Below are positions 1-10,029 of a DNA stretch of 64,000 bases, piece after piece. The notes beneath the pieces were generated by a model. It had not been told where the DNA came from. It saw only the letters and a program-made list of their open reading frames with translations, and ran no database searches. Source of the DNA: a bacterium (GTDB lineage: Bacteria; Auribacterota; UBA6266); contig JALOBK010000001.1 in assembly GCA_023228325.1 (NCBI GenBank), positions 1,596,111 through 1,660,110 of the forward strand, written 5' to 3'. The stretch's first letter is position 1. Each line of letters opens with the position of its first letter. Both the position numbers and the translations under genes were made by a program.

Positions 1-1
1 A

Positions 2-1036
2 ATCTGCGTCCCTACCCCGCTCAGGAAAACCAGAGACCCCGACCTGTCGTATATAATTGAATCTACGGAGAGAATTGCCGAGCATCTGCATAAAGGCCAG
101 TTAGTCGTACTGGAGAGCACGACTTATCCCGGCACTTGCGAAGAAGTCATAATGCCGATACTCGAAAATAAAGGGTTTAAAACGGGAAAAGATTTTTATA
201 TGGCGTTTTCCCCTGAGAGAGTTGATCCGGGAAATAAGCATTTCAGAACGAGAGATATACCGAAGGTTATCGGGGGATATACTGAAAAATGCACCGAAGT
301 CGCAACACTGCTGTACAAACATGTGATAATTGAGATTATACCTGTTTCATCTATAAAAGTCGCGGAGATGGTAAAGCTTTTGGAAAATACTTACAGGGCG
401 GTTAATATAGGGCTGGTGAACGAAATCGCGATGATGTGCGACCGCATGGGTATAAACGTGTGGGAAGTAATTGACGGCGCCGCCTCCAAACCGTTTGGTT
501 TCACTCCGTTTTTCCCGGGACCCGGTTTAGGCGGGCACTGTCTGCCTATAGACCCTTTATATCTTTCCTGGAAGGCGAAGAGTTATAATTTCGAAGCGAG
601 GTTTATTGAACTTGCGTCCCAGATTAATTCATTTATGCCCCATCATGTCATAAATAAGTTGCTTGAGATATTGAATATGAAGGGGAAATGCCTGAAAAAT
701 TCCAGAATACTGGTGCTTGGTGTCGCGTATAAGAAGAATGTAGGGGATACCAGGGAGTCCCCGGCGCTGGATATTCTGGAAAAGCTTGTTAGTGCGGGGG
801 GCAAAGTGAATTATTGCGACCCGTATGTTCCTATAATTGCGAATGAGAAAATTAAGCTTTCAAACAGCAAACTTTCAAAAAAGCTGGTTTCATCTTCCGA
901 TTGCATCCTTATATTAACCGACCATGACTATTTTGACCTTAATTTAATCCTGAAACATTCAAAGCTGATATTCGATACGAGAAATGCATTAAAGGTTGTT
1001 CCGCGGAGATACAGGAAAAAAGTTGTTAAATTATGA
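2..1036 (+). CDS. Nucleotide-sugar dehydrogenase (UDP-glucose/GDP-mannose dehydrogenase family, WbpA/TviB-like), 5'-truncated by window edge
   Basis: Reading frame is open from position 2 with no start codon; translation has 'VVLESTTYPGT' and 'GPGLGGHCLPIDP' motifs typical of the family; central and C-terminal domains present. Confidence 0.85.
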   Translation: MCVPTPLRKTRDPDLSYIIESTERIAEHLHKGQLVVLESTTYPGTCEEVIMPILENKGFKTGKDFYMAFSPERVDPGNKHFRTRDIPKVIGGYTEKCTEVATLLYKHVIIEIIPVSSIKVAEMVKLLENTYRAVNIGLVNEIAMMCDRMGINVWEVIDGAASKPFGFTPFFPGPGLGGHCLPIDPLYLSWKAKSYNFEARFIELASQINSFMPHHVINKLLEILNMKGKCLKNSRILVLGVAYKKNVGDTRESPALDILEKLVSAGGKVNYCDPYVPIIANEKIKLSNSKLSKKLVSSSDCILILTDHDYFDLNLILKHSKLIFDTRNALKVVPRRYRKKVVKL

Positions 1037-1047
1037 TTGGAGAGAAA

Positions 1048-1989
1048 ATGGCGCTGTATTTGGTAACGGGAGGGGCGGGTTTTATCGGTTCAAATATTGC
1101 TGAAAAGCTCGTCGAAACGGGTAATAAGGTAAGGGTGTTCGATAGCCTCCTTACCGGGAAAAAAGAAAATATCTCGCATTTTTCCGATAAAATAGATTTT
1201 ATCGAGGGGGACATAAGAGATAAATCTGCGACAGATCTTGCGACTAAAGGCGTTGATTATATTTTGCATGAAGCGGCCCTTCCTTCCGTCCAGAGGTCTG
1301 TGGAAGATCCTGTAACGACAAACGATATTAATATATCCGGCACGTTGAATCTTCTGATTTCCGCAAGAAACAACGGCGTAAAACGATTTGTTTTTGCGTC
1401 TTCATCATCTGTCTACGGCGATTCCGAACATCTCCCCAAAAGGGAGGATATGGTCCCTAATCCGCTGTCGGCATACGCCCTTTCCAAGTTAACAGGGGAG
1501 TATTATTGCAAAATTTTTTATGACCTGTATGGCCTTGAAACCATTTGTCTCCGTTATTTCAATGTCTTTGGCCCCAGGCAGGATCCGCAAAGTGATTATG
1601 CGGCTGTTATTCCCATGTTTATCAACGCTATTATATCAGCCGGGAAACCTGTAATTTACGGAGACGGGAAGCAGTCCAGGGATTTTACTTTTGTCCATAA
1701 TGTTGTGGAGGCTAACCTTATTGCCTGCAGCGCTCCCAGAAAAGCTGTCGGTAAGGTATATAATGTTGCGTGCGGAGACAGGTATTCCCTGCTGTGTTTG
1801 TTGGATAACTTGAGAAAAATATCCGGTGTTAATGTGGATCCCGTTTTTGAAAAGGCGCGGCTCGGAGATGTGAAACACAGCCAGGCAGACATAGAAAAAG
1901 CAAAAAAGTATCTTGGTTTAAAACCTCATATTGGATTTACCGATGGTTTGAAAAAAACGTTTGAATGGTATAAAGAAAATAATGCTTAG
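1048..1989 (+). CDS. NAD-dependent epimerase/dehydratase (UDP-sugar 4-epimerase, WbpP/TviC-like)
   Basis: N-terminal Rossmann motif 'LVTGGAGFIGS'; catalytic YxxxK ('YALSK'); ~315 aa; GGAGAG RBS 5 nt upstream of ATG 1048 (ORF-track ATG at 1033 overlapping the upstream stop is an alternative). Confidence 0.85.
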   Translation: MALYLVTGGAGFIGSNIAEKLVETGNKVRVFDSLLTGKKENISHFSDKIDFIEGDIRDKSATDLATKGVDYILHEAALPSVQRSVEDPVTTNDINISGTLNLLISARNNGVKRFVFASSSSVYGDSEHLPKREDMVPNPLSAYALSKLTGEYYCKIFYDLYGLETICLRYFNVFGPRQDPQSDYAAVIPMFINAIISAGKPVIYGDGKQSRDFTFVHNVVEANLIACSAPRKAVGKVYNVACGDRYSLLCLLDNLRKISGVNVDPVFEKARLGDVKHSQADIEKAKKYLGLKPHIGFTDGLKKTFEWYKENNA

Positions 1990-1997
1990 GCGGTAAA

Positions 1998-3104
1998 ATG
2001 AATATCCCGATTATTGATTTGGGTAAACTGTATAAAGAGATTAAGCCTGAAATTGATGCAGCGGTATCAAAAGTTATTGCTGATGCGAAATTTATTTTAG
2101 GGCCTGAAGTATCTGAAATAGAAAAGAAGATTGCCGGATACTGCGGATCAAAATACGCTGTCGGTTGCGCGTCGGGAACAGATGCCATACTGTTATCGCT
2201 GATGTCGCTGGGGGTAGAACCCGGAGATGAAATTATTACGACTCCATTTACTTTTTTTGCTACAGCAGGGTCTATTTCTCGGGCCGGCGCGATACCCGTT
2301 TTTGTGGATATAGAACCGGGAACTTTTAATTTGAACCCGGAGCTGGTTGAGACAAAAATAACCAAGAGAACAAAAGGAATTTTGCCTGTGCATCTTTTTG
2401 GGCAGATAGTTGATATGGATCCGCTTATAAATCTGAAAAAGAGATACAACCTTTTTATTGTTGAAGACGCATGCCAAGCCATAGGCGCAAAATATAAAAA
2501 TAAGATCGCGGGTTCAATAGGAGACGCGGGTTGTTTCAGTTTTTTTCCTACGAAAAATCTTGGCGGTTTCGGTGACGGAGGGATGCTGGTAACGGATGAT
2601 TCCGATGTCTATGAAAAAGCAAAATCTCTCAGGGTGCATGGAAGCAGGGACAGGTATTACCATGATTATATCGGTATAAACAGCCGGCTTGATACCATTC
2701 AGGCGGCAATTCTTCTCGCGGAAATAAAATATCTGGATAAATGGACGGAAAAAAGAAGAAAAAACGCTTCTCTGTATAATAGTTTGTTCCGCGGAATAAA
2801 CAGTGTACAGCTTCCTGTGGAGAAAAAGTATCTTTACCATGTGTATAATCAATATACTTTGCGCGTAAAAAACAGGGCCGGTCTTATTAATGCTCTTGAA
2901 AAAGAGGAGATAGGATACGGTATTTACTATCCTCTTCCGTTACACATGCAAGATTGCTATAAGCACCTTGGTTATAAGAAAGGTGATTTTCCCGAGTCGG
3001 AAAAAGCTTCTGAAGAGGTTATTTCCATACCTGTCCATCCGTTTTTGAGCAAAGAGTTAATAAATAAAATCGCGGATACGGTGCGTAATTTTTACGGAGT
3101 ATAA
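1998..3104 (+). CDS. DegT/DnrJ/EryC1/StrS family sugar aminotransferase (PLP-dependent)
   Basis: 368 aa; N-terminus 'IDAAVSKVIADAKFILGPEVSEIEKKIAGYCGSKYAVGCASGTDAI' matches family signature; follows dehydrogenase/epimerase genes. Confidence 0.85.
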   Translation: MNIPIIDLGKLYKEIKPEIDAAVSKVIADAKFILGPEVSEIEKKIAGYCGSKYAVGCASGTDAILLSLMSLGVEPGDEIITTPFTFFATAGSISRAGAIPVFVDIEPGTFNLNPELVETKITKRTKGILPVHLFGQIVDMDPLINLKKRYNLFIVEDACQAIGAKYKNKIAGSIGDAGCFSFFPTKNLGGFGDGGMLVTDDSDVYEKAKSLRVHGSRDRYYHDYIGINSRLDTIQAAILLAEIKYLDKWTEKRRKNASLYNSLFRGINSVQLPVEKKYLYHVYNQYTLRVKNRAGLINALEKEEIGYGIYYPLPLHMQDCYKHLGYKKGDFPESEKASEEVISIPVHPFLSKELINKIADTVRNFYGV

Positions 3105-3106
3105 TT

Positions 3107-3838
3107 TTGGATAATAAAATAAAAAATGATTTGGCGGATCTTGTAGATTCCACAATAGGTTATCTGAAGGGAAAAAAGAAAAAAGGGATAAATTTTGTTG
3201 CTTCTTCCGCCCCGGCCGTTCAAAAAGGTGTTTCCCGAAGGCCGGATTTATTTGAATCGGGTATATCCGATACCGAAATAAGCGCGGTTGGCAGTTTGGA
3301 AACATTAAAGGCGATGGTCGGCAAATGCAGAAAATGCCCCCTGGGAAATTTACGAAAAAATGCGGTATTCGGAGAGGGGAATCCTGCTGCCGGCCTTATG
3401 TTTATTGGTGAAGCGCCGGGTTCCGAAGAAGACCTGCAGGGAAAGCCTTTTGTCGGGAGAGCCGGACAATTACTGACCGATATCATTACAAAAGGCATGA
3501 AACTGCGCAGAGAGGATGTTTTTATAGCGAACATTTTAAAATGCCGCCCTCCCGAAAATAGAAATCCTTTACCCGAAGAAATCAATTGCTGTGAACCCTA
3601 CTTATTAAAACAGATAGAGTTTATAAAACCGAAGGTCATTTGCACGTTAGGGAACTTTGCCGCTCAGACATTGCTCAAGACGCGCGAGGGAATCACTAAA
3701 ATAAGAGGAAGATTTTTTGATTACAGGGGAATTAAATTGATGCCGACCTTTCACCCTGCCTACCTTCTCAGGAATTATTCGCGGAAAAACAGAGAATATG
3801 TATGGGAAGACGTTAAAAAGATACTGGACGAGATCTGA
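3107..3838 (+). CDS. Uracil-DNA glycosylase, family 4
   Basis: 'CRKCPL' 4Fe-4S motif, 'GEAPGSEEDLQGKPFVGRAGQLL', 'ANILKCRPPENRNP', C-terminal 'HPAYLLRN'. ORF-track start is TTG with a ~65 aa N-terminal extension; true start may be further downstream (internal ATG at 3314). Confidence 0.8.
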   Translation: MDNKIKNDLADLVDSTIGYLKGKKKKGINFVASSAPAVQKGVSRRPDLFESGISDTEISAVGSLETLKAMVGKCRKCPLGNLRKNAVFGEGNPAAGLMFIGEAPGSEEDLQGKPFVGRAGQLLTDIITKGMKLRREDVFIANILKCRPPENRNPLPEEINCCEPYLLKQIEFIKPKVICTLGNFAAQTLLKTREGITKIRGRFFDYRGIKLMPTFHPAYLLRNYSRKNREYVWEDVKKILDEI

Positions 3839-3845
3839 TTTTCTC

Positions 3846-5507
3846 TTATCTGTGCTGTTCCACGTAATCTATTATCTTTTCTTTAGATAGTTGTGATATG
3901 TCCGTGAAGTTTATTGCGAATCCTACACTGTCATTTATTCCCGAATAGGATGTGAGAAAGCGCACTACGGGTCCTTTGATATGGACAGGATCCCGGCTGC
4001 CTGGTAAATACAGTTCTACTTCAGTCATTGAGCCGAGTAATACGGGTTCTTTTTTGTGCAATGGAATTTCTATTACAGCTCCGCTTGCGCTGATGTTCGA
4101 AATTTTGGACGATATGCGTTCGGGTATTAAATTTAAATATTTTAATTCATTCCTTATGATTTTTGTGGTTGCATTGAGATTTGTGTTGGCCCGGGGACAT
4201 TTTCTCCTGTGTCTCTTCTTATCCATCGTTTCCAGCGGAGAATGGCTGTCATCAACTGGATCTGCGGATATGGTTCCGATTTCTTTTAATATCATCTGAG
4301 CCTTGAAATTGTTGGCGTTCTGTTCAATCAGATCCTGACAGATAGCTTTTGCCTTATCTTTTTCTCCTTTTTTAACATATGATTCCGCAATGGATTCCGA
4401 ACATTTTATAATTTTCCGGTTTATATCTGGGAAGTCGGGTTTTTCATTTGAGATTGAATTAAAATAACCGAATGCTGTTTCATATTCGCCTTCGGAAAGG
4501 AAAGCCGTTCCCAGCCAATACCTTGCTTTTGTATTTTCATTGTCGACTTCAAGCGCTTTCAGGTAGAAATCTTTTGAGGCCTCAAGGTTCTGCGGTCCTT
4601 CCATTTTTCTGTAAACATCTCCAAGCCTGTTGTATAGGCTTGCGCATTTTTTATTTAATTTCAAAGCTTCCTGATAATAAAAAATCCCGTCCTTTATAAA
4701 CTCTCCTTTTTTTACAAAACAGCAGATATCACCGAGGGCGACATACGCCGGGAAATGGTAGTCCATTTTTGGGGGTTTTAGAAGATACTTGGCTTTTTCC
4801 GCCCTTATGATGGAAAGGAGTATTTTTTCTGCGATATCATACCGGTCCACCCTTATGCATACAATGCCGGCCCTGTAAAGCAGATCGGTAAATGAAGAGC
4901 CCAATTCCCTGCATATTTCGTAAACTTCGATTTTATCTTCTTCGGATACGATATAACATCTTCCTAACTCCTCGAGTATAAAACTGTCTCTCAGCCCAAA
5001 TTTTTTAAACGCTCTTTCACACCATGATTTATACTCTGCCGACCGGTATTTCTGGTAAGGAGACCATTGAGTGTCAATATGCCGTATAAGCAGCGACAAT
5101 ACCTGGGGAGTATCCTTCTCCATCTGGATAAGGCTTTTTATCATCTGGACATGTGTATCATTCAAAGAAGATATTTTTGGAATTAACTTGTCAAGAAAAG
5201 GCATATTCTCCTCTGGATTAAAGTCATAGCCGATGGCTTCCAGCAAAGAAGAAAAGGCTGATTCATAATTACATTTTGAAAGTTCTATTTTTGATCTGAA
5301 GAAAAACAGTTCGGAAATGAATTCACGCGGGATAAAGCTTTTTTCCTTTAGTGTTGAGATTAGCTTGTTGCATTCCGACTCGGCAAGGGAAAACTCGTTA
5401 TCCTGAATTAATTTTTCCAGTCCATGTAATTTTTTCTTTTCAGACCAATTTATCATAACCACTCTGATTATACCATAAATGCTATCAATACGCTTCAAAT
5501 GTGTCAA
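3846..5507 (-). CDS. TPR-repeat protein with C-terminal PilZ-like (c-di-GMP-binding) domain
   Basis: 553 aa; TPR-like repeats in centre; C-terminal ~120 aa has 'KRHRRK' (RxxxR-type) followed by 'NISASG' ((D/N)xSxxG) and a beta-rich tail, the two PilZ signature motifs. Confidence 0.6.
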   Translation of the reverse strand: MTHLKRIDSIYGIIRVVMINWSEKKKLHGLEKLIQDNEFSLAESECNKLISTLKEKSFIPREFISELFFFRSKIELSKCNYESAFSSLLEAIGYDFNPEENMPFLDKLIPKISSLNDTHVQMIKSLIQMEKDTPQVLSLLIRHIDTQWSPYQKYRSAEYKSWCERAFKKFGLRDSFILEELGRCYIVSEEDKIEVYEICRELGSSFTDLLYRAGIVCIRVDRYDIAEKILLSIIRAEKAKYLLKPPKMDYHFPAYVALGDICCFVKKGEFIKDGIFYYQEALKLNKKCASLYNRLGDVYRKMEGPQNLEASKDFYLKALEVDNENTKARYWLGTAFLSEGEYETAFGYFNSISNEKPDFPDINRKIIKCSESIAESYVKKGEKDKAKAICQDLIEQNANNFKAQMILKEIGTISADPVDDSHSPLETMDKKRHRRKCPRANTNLNATTKIIRNELKYLNLIPERISSKISNISASGAVIEIPLHKKEPVLLGSMTEVELYLPGSRDPVHIKGPVVRFLTSYSGINDSVGFAINFTDISQLSKEKIIDYVEQHR

Positions 5508-5511
5508 CTTA

Positions 5512-5886
5512 TTAAAGGGCGGCTATTACCGAAATTTCTACAGAGGCTCCTTTGGGCAGAGAAGATATCACTACTGTTGTCCTTGCGGGATACGGTTCTG
5601 AGAAAAAAGAGCCGTATGCCTCGTTAACTTCTGCAAAACAGTCCATTCTGGTTAGGAAAATTTCCGTTTTGATTATGTTCTTATATGTACAACCGGCTTT
5701 CTTCAGTATCTCACCTACATTCTTTAAAATAGTTTTTGTCTGAAGGGCCGGGCTTCCGGTAACCGGTTTGCCGGTTGACGGGTCTATCGGTATCTGGCCC
5801 GAAACAAACAGCAGATTATTCGATAATATTGCCTGGGAATAGGGACCTATTGCCTTGGGAGCCGAATTTGTGGTAATCTGTTTCAT
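5512..5886 (-). CDS. ridA: RidA/YjgF family reactive-intermediate deaminase
   Basis: 124 aa; 'APKAIGPYSQAI' N-terminal signature and 'RTTVVISSLPKGASVEI' C-terminus; 4 bp upstream of TPR-PilZ gene on the same strand. Confidence 0.85.
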   Translation of the reverse strand: MKQITTNSAPKAIGPYSQAILSNNLLFVSGQIPIDPSTGKPVTGSPALQTKTILKNVGEILKKAGCTYKNIIKTEIFLTRMDCFAEVNEAYGSFFSEPYPARTTVVISSLPKGASVEISVIAAL

Positions 5887-5959
5887 ATATCACTCCTTCT
5901 TGTTTTTATTGCCGCTTAATGTAAATTTAACAATATATTTTAAACAGGGGAACTGAAAA

Positions 5960-6976
5960 ATGAAAACATTTTTTAAAAAATCAATTTTGCTTGTGATTAT
6001 CATGGGGTTGGCCTTTTCCAGTGATGTGTTTTCCGAAAATGCCGAAAATTCTGAAGAAAACATGCAGAATATGCATGCCACCGGTTTGTTTATGCTTTCT
6101 AAAGGGAAAATGGGCTCTGCCGGCCAAAAATTTACCGAGGCGGGGGAGATAGCCGTCTTACTGCAATCATGGCAGGGATGTATGGAGTCAGGTTACGGCC
6201 TTCTGGCGTGTAATAAACCCGATGAAAGCATTAAGTATTTCGGAGAAGCTTTTATAATTGCCCAAAATAATTCCGATTGGAGGGGATGCCTGGCAGCAAG
6301 TGTTGCGCTGTTGAATATGCCTTTGGAGTTTAAAGTGAAAGCTAAAGGGCAAGCTGCCATAGATTCTTCATATAAAATCGCATTGTCTGCAAGGAACCTT
6401 TACGGGCTTGTCGAAATTGCTAAAGTAGCGTTGGAAATGAAGAATATTGACATGTCTATGAAATGCCTTGAGGAAGCAAGGCTTCTTGCTGAGGAGGGGC
6501 AGAGCGCCAATGGAATGAACCGGATAGCCGCAGTTTATAAAATGATGGGCAGAAAAGATGATGCGGGGGAATGTTACCTTATGGCTAAAAAGTTCAGAAA
6601 AGGCGATAAGGAGATAGTCCCTCCGCCTCCGGGTTGGAACCCTGCCGGGGAAACGGTGGCCGGACCGAAAGAAATTCCTGTAGAAACCCAGAAAGCTTTG
6701 AGGGCCTCCGCCGATTCTCAAATAGACAGGAATGCCGCGGAAGAAAAAGAGGCGAAAAGGCTGAAACTTGAGAAAGAGAAGATTGAGTCGGAAAAATATC
6801 AATATGCCGTTGCGTATACACCCTATTATTCTTATCCTTTCGTATCTTATAATACATGGAGGCCTTTCGGCTATAGATATGTAAATTCATGGGCAACCGA
6901 CAGGCTTGGGTTTTATTATAGAAGCGGCGACAGGTATTTCAGATTTGACTACTACGACAGGCACCACCGGCATTAA
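5960..6976 (+). CDS. Secreted hypothetical protein with helical-repeat core and Tyr/Arg-rich C-terminal tail
   Basis: Signal peptide 'MKTFFKKSILLVIIMGLAFSSDVFS'; poly-Pro 'PPPPGWNP'; coiled-coil 'EEKEAKRLKLEKEKIESEK'; tail 'YTPYYSYPFVSYNTWRPFGYRYV...YFRFDYYDRHHRH'. Confidence 0.5.
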   Translation: MKTFFKKSILLVIIMGLAFSSDVFSENAENSEENMQNMHATGLFMLSKGKMGSAGQKFTEAGEIAVLLQSWQGCMESGYGLLACNKPDESIKYFGEAFIIAQNNSDWRGCLAASVALLNMPLEFKVKAKGQAAIDSSYKIALSARNLYGLVEIAKVALEMKNIDMSMKCLEEARLLAEEGQSANGMNRIAAVYKMMGRKDDAGECYLMAKKFRKGDKEIVPPPPGWNPAGETVAGPKEIPVETQKALRASADSQIDRNAAEEKEAKRLKLEKEKIESEKYQYAVAYTPYYSYPFVSYNTWRPFGYRYVNSWATDRLGFYYRSGDRYFRFDYYDRHHRH

Positions 6977-6978
6977 TT

Positions 6979-9222
6979 TTACAATAAAGACAGGGGATCA
7001 ACATCAGCGGATATTTTTATTCCTTTTATCGAAGATGATTTGTTTAACAACTCCTTTGCCGTTTCGTGCAGTTTTCGGATATTCTGGCTTTTTAGCAATA
7101 TCTGCCATCTGAAGTTGGATTTTGTTTTTTGAATCGCTGCCGGAGCGGGGCCTAAGATATCGATGCCGTCAGGTTTATTTTTAAGAACGGTTCCGTGCAG
7201 GAACTCGGCTTTATTTTGGACATGCGCCTCATTTTTTCCGGAGATGGTAAAGTTTATGATATGGGTAAAGGGAGGATATTTGAGTTCCTTGCGGAACTGT
7301 AGCTCTTTATTGATGAAGTCCATATAAGAATGTTTAGCGGAAGAAGTTACAGAGTAATGACCGGGCAAACATGTCTGTATTATAACCTTACCCGGCACAG
7401 CGCCTCTTCCTGATCTTCCCGAGACCTGTGTGAGCAGTTGATAGGTGACTTCGGCGGAACGGAAGTCAGGCAGAGAAAGAGATAAATCGGCAAATATTAT
7501 TCCTACTAAGGTAACATCGGGAAAGTCCAGACCTTTTGCCACCATTTGAGTCCCTATCAGGATATCGTATTTTTTATTTGCGAAATCTGTTAATAGTTTT
7601 CTGTGGGCATTCCTGAAAGAAGTTGTGTCAGAGTCCATCCTGAGCAGTTTTGCGTGAGGGAATAGTTTCTGAATATGATATTCAACTTTTTCTGTGCCAA
7701 GTCCGAGCTGTGTTAGTTTTGGATTTGAACACGTCGGACATACAGATGAAAGCCTTCTGTGATAACCGCACAAATGGCAAAAAAGCGATTTTTTTGATTT
7801 ATGATATGTCATTGATATACTGCAATTTTTGCATTTTATTGTTTCGCCGCAGGACGGACATATTATAGATGATGAGAAGCCCCTCCTGTTAATGAACAGA
7901 ATGGTTTGTTCTTTTCTTGAGATTCTTGACTCTATTTCTCCGGCCAATTCTTCAGAACATGATAGTTTTATATTTTGCCTGTCCGAACGCATGTCAATGA
8001 CTTCCACTGAAGGAAGTGTTTTTCCGTCTACTCTGTTCGGTAGTGAGAGTAATTTGTATTTTCCCGCGGTTGTGTTATAGTATGATTCCAACGACGGTGT
8101 AGCAGAGCCTAGAACCACCACGGCATTTTCCAGCTTGCCCCTCATTACCGCGACATCTCTCGCATTGTACCTGGGGCTGTCTTCCTGTTTATAACTTCTT
8201 TCATGTTCTTCGTCCACGATTATTAGGCCCAAATCCTTAACAGGGGCGAAAATGGCCGATCTGGCGCCGATTACTATCTTTGCGAGTCCTTTGGAAATTT
8301 TTTCCCACTGTTCTGAACGCTGTCCGTCAGACAGGCCGCTGTGAATAATTGCCAGAGGCTCGCTTATTCTCCTCCGGAATCTGTCAATTGTTTGAGGGGT
8401 AAGTGATATTTCCGGAACCAGGACTATAGCTCCTTTTGAATGTTGGAGCGCGTGATTTATTGAATTGATATAAATTTCTGTTTTCCCGCTTCCCGTTACG
8501 CCATGGAGCAGATAGGAGCAGAATTCATTTTTTTGTATCGATCCGGTTATTTTTTTTAAGGAACTTTCCTGTTCCTTCGTTAACTTGATTTCATGTACAA
8601 GAGGATAGGGGAAAGATATTTCGTCTTTTTCGGAAGCGCAAACCGGCCTCAGAGAAAGAACCCCTTTTTCAACCAGGGAAATTATCGCCTGTTTTGAGCA
8701 TTTTGCGGCGGATACAAGTTTTGGCATATCGAATTCTTTTTTTTCCGTATGAGAACAGATAAACCGCAGGACAGAGGACTGCTTTGGCGATTTTTTACGC
8801 ATTTTTTCCGCTATATCCGAAAGACGGTCTAAGGGTAAAGAAGAAATGACCCTGTAATCCTTTCTTCCTTTTATGTTTTTTCTTACACCTGGAGGGAGAA
8901 AAGACCTGTAAACTATGCCGAGAGGACACAAATAATATTCCGATAACCACGACGCAAGTTTTATCAGATTTTGGGAAAGCGCCGGTTTTTCATTTATGAC
9001 ACTGATGATTTCTTTCAATTTAGGCCGGGTTGAAGTATGGGATATATTTATAATATACCCGCGCAGAATTTTATTCCTGAAAGGGACTTTTACCATTGTG
9101 CCGGGGGAAATGGCCGAAAGCAGGTTTTCCGGAATAATGTAATCAAATTCCATGAATACGGGAATTTCCAATACAACTTTTGCGATCATAATGAAGAATG
9201 TTATCACAATGCTTAAGATCAA
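6979..9222 (-). CDS. priA: Primosomal protein N' (replication restart helicase PriA)
   Basis: 747 aa; Walker A 'GVTGSGKTE', DEEH box 'IIVDEEHE', Cys-rich zinc-binding insert 'CPSCGETIKCKNCSISMTYHKSKKSLFCHLCGYHRRLSSVCPTCSN'. Confidence 0.9.
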   Translation of the reverse strand: MILSIVITFFIMIAKVVLEIPVFMEFDYIIPENLLSAISPGTMVKVPFRNKILRGYIINISHTSTRPKLKEIISVINEKPALSQNLIKLASWLSEYYLCPLGIVYRSFLPPGVRKNIKGRKDYRVISSLPLDRLSDIAEKMRKKSPKQSSVLRFICSHTEKKEFDMPKLVSAAKCSKQAIISLVEKGVLSLRPVCASEKDEISFPYPLVHEIKLTKEQESSLKKITGSIQKNEFCSYLLHGVTGSGKTEIYINSINHALQHSKGAIVLVPEISLTPQTIDRFRRRISEPLAIIHSGLSDGQRSEQWEKISKGLAKIVIGARSAIFAPVKDLGLIIVDEEHERSYKQEDSPRYNARDVAVMRGKLENAVVVLGSATPSLESYYNTTAGKYKLLSLPNRVDGKTLPSVEVIDMRSDRQNIKLSCSEELAGEIESRISRKEQTILFINRRGFSSSIICPSCGETIKCKNCSISMTYHKSKKSLFCHLCGYHRRLSSVCPTCSNPKLTQLGLGTEKVEYHIQKLFPHAKLLRMDSDTTSFRNAHRKLLTDFANKKYDILIGTQMVAKGLDFPDVTLVGIIFADLSLSLPDFRSAEVTYQLLTQVSGRSGRGAVPGKVIIQTCLPGHYSVTSSAKHSYMDFINKELQFRKELKYPPFTHIINFTISGKNEAHVQNKAEFLHGTVLKNKPDGIDILGPAPAAIQKTKSNFRWQILLKSQNIRKLHETAKELLNKSSSIKGIKISADVDPLSLL

Positions 9223-9303
9223 GAAATCTAAATTAATTATTGCTTGATAAACGGTATGATATGGTTTAATTTTATGAAAGAATTATGGAGGTATGGTATA
9301 AAT

Positions 9304-10029
9304 ATGGGCAGCATGAAAGTAAAATTGCTGGAATCGACAAAAGATGCGGTGAATTTAATATATTCCGCCTGCCGGCAGTGTTATTCCGCCCGTTTTGCGG
9401 CGGAGATATTCCGCGATAAGAAGATATCGAAAAAGGAAAAAGCCCTTTTTATCAGGAAAATAGTGTCTTCGGGCCATGAGAGCCCGCTTGAACATGCCAA
9501 ATTTACCTTTGCGGTCGAAGGAGTTTCCAGGGCTCTGACACACCAGCTTGTCAGGCACCGCATAGCTTCTTACTCGCAGCAGAGTCAGAGATATGTCAAA
9601 GATGAAAGTTTTAGTTACGTTACTCCTCCCGTTTTTAAGTCAGACACGCTCCTGATGAAAGAATATGAATCGTGCATGAAAATGATAAGCGGCTGTTACG
9701 GCAGATTGATTAGTATACTCGAAAGAAAGGGCATAAAGGGGGAGTCCGCCAACCAGGATGCAAGGTTTATCCTGCCCCAGGGCGCGGAGACTAAAATAGT
9801 TATTACCATGAACTGCAGGGAACTCATTCATTTTTTCAAGCAGCGTTGCTGCGCGAGGGCCCAGTGGGAAATAAGGCAGCTTGCGTGGAATATGTTGAAG
9901 ATATGCGCTAAAAAGATGCCGGAAATTTTTTCCGGGATAGGGCCGAAATGTGAAACACTGAAATATTGTCCTGAAGGCAGGGATTTTTCATGCGGGAGGT
10001 ATCCGGTTAAGCAGAATTTTGATAGATAA
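9304..10029 (+). CDS. thyX: Flavin-dependent thymidylate synthase ThyX
   Basis: ThyX signature 'RHRIASYSQQSQRY' (RHRxxxxxxS); ~240 aa; ORF-track start at 9244 is TTG; ATG at 9304 or 9313 more likely. Confidence 0.85.
   Translation: MGSMKVKLLESTKDAVNLIYSACRQCYSARFAAEIFRDKKISKKEKALFIRKIVSSGHESPLEHAKFTFAVEGVSRALTHQLVRHRIASYSQQSQRYVKDESFSYVTPPVFKSDTLLMKEYESCMKMISGCYGRLISILERKGIKGESANQDARFILPQGAETKIVITMNCRELIHFFKQRCCARAQWEIRQLAWNMLKICAKKMPEIFSGIGPKCETLKYCPEGRDFSCGRYPVKQNFDR

Noticed and set aside
1937-2482. 181-aa minus-strand ORF
   Set aside because: Antisense within the DegT aminotransferase gene.
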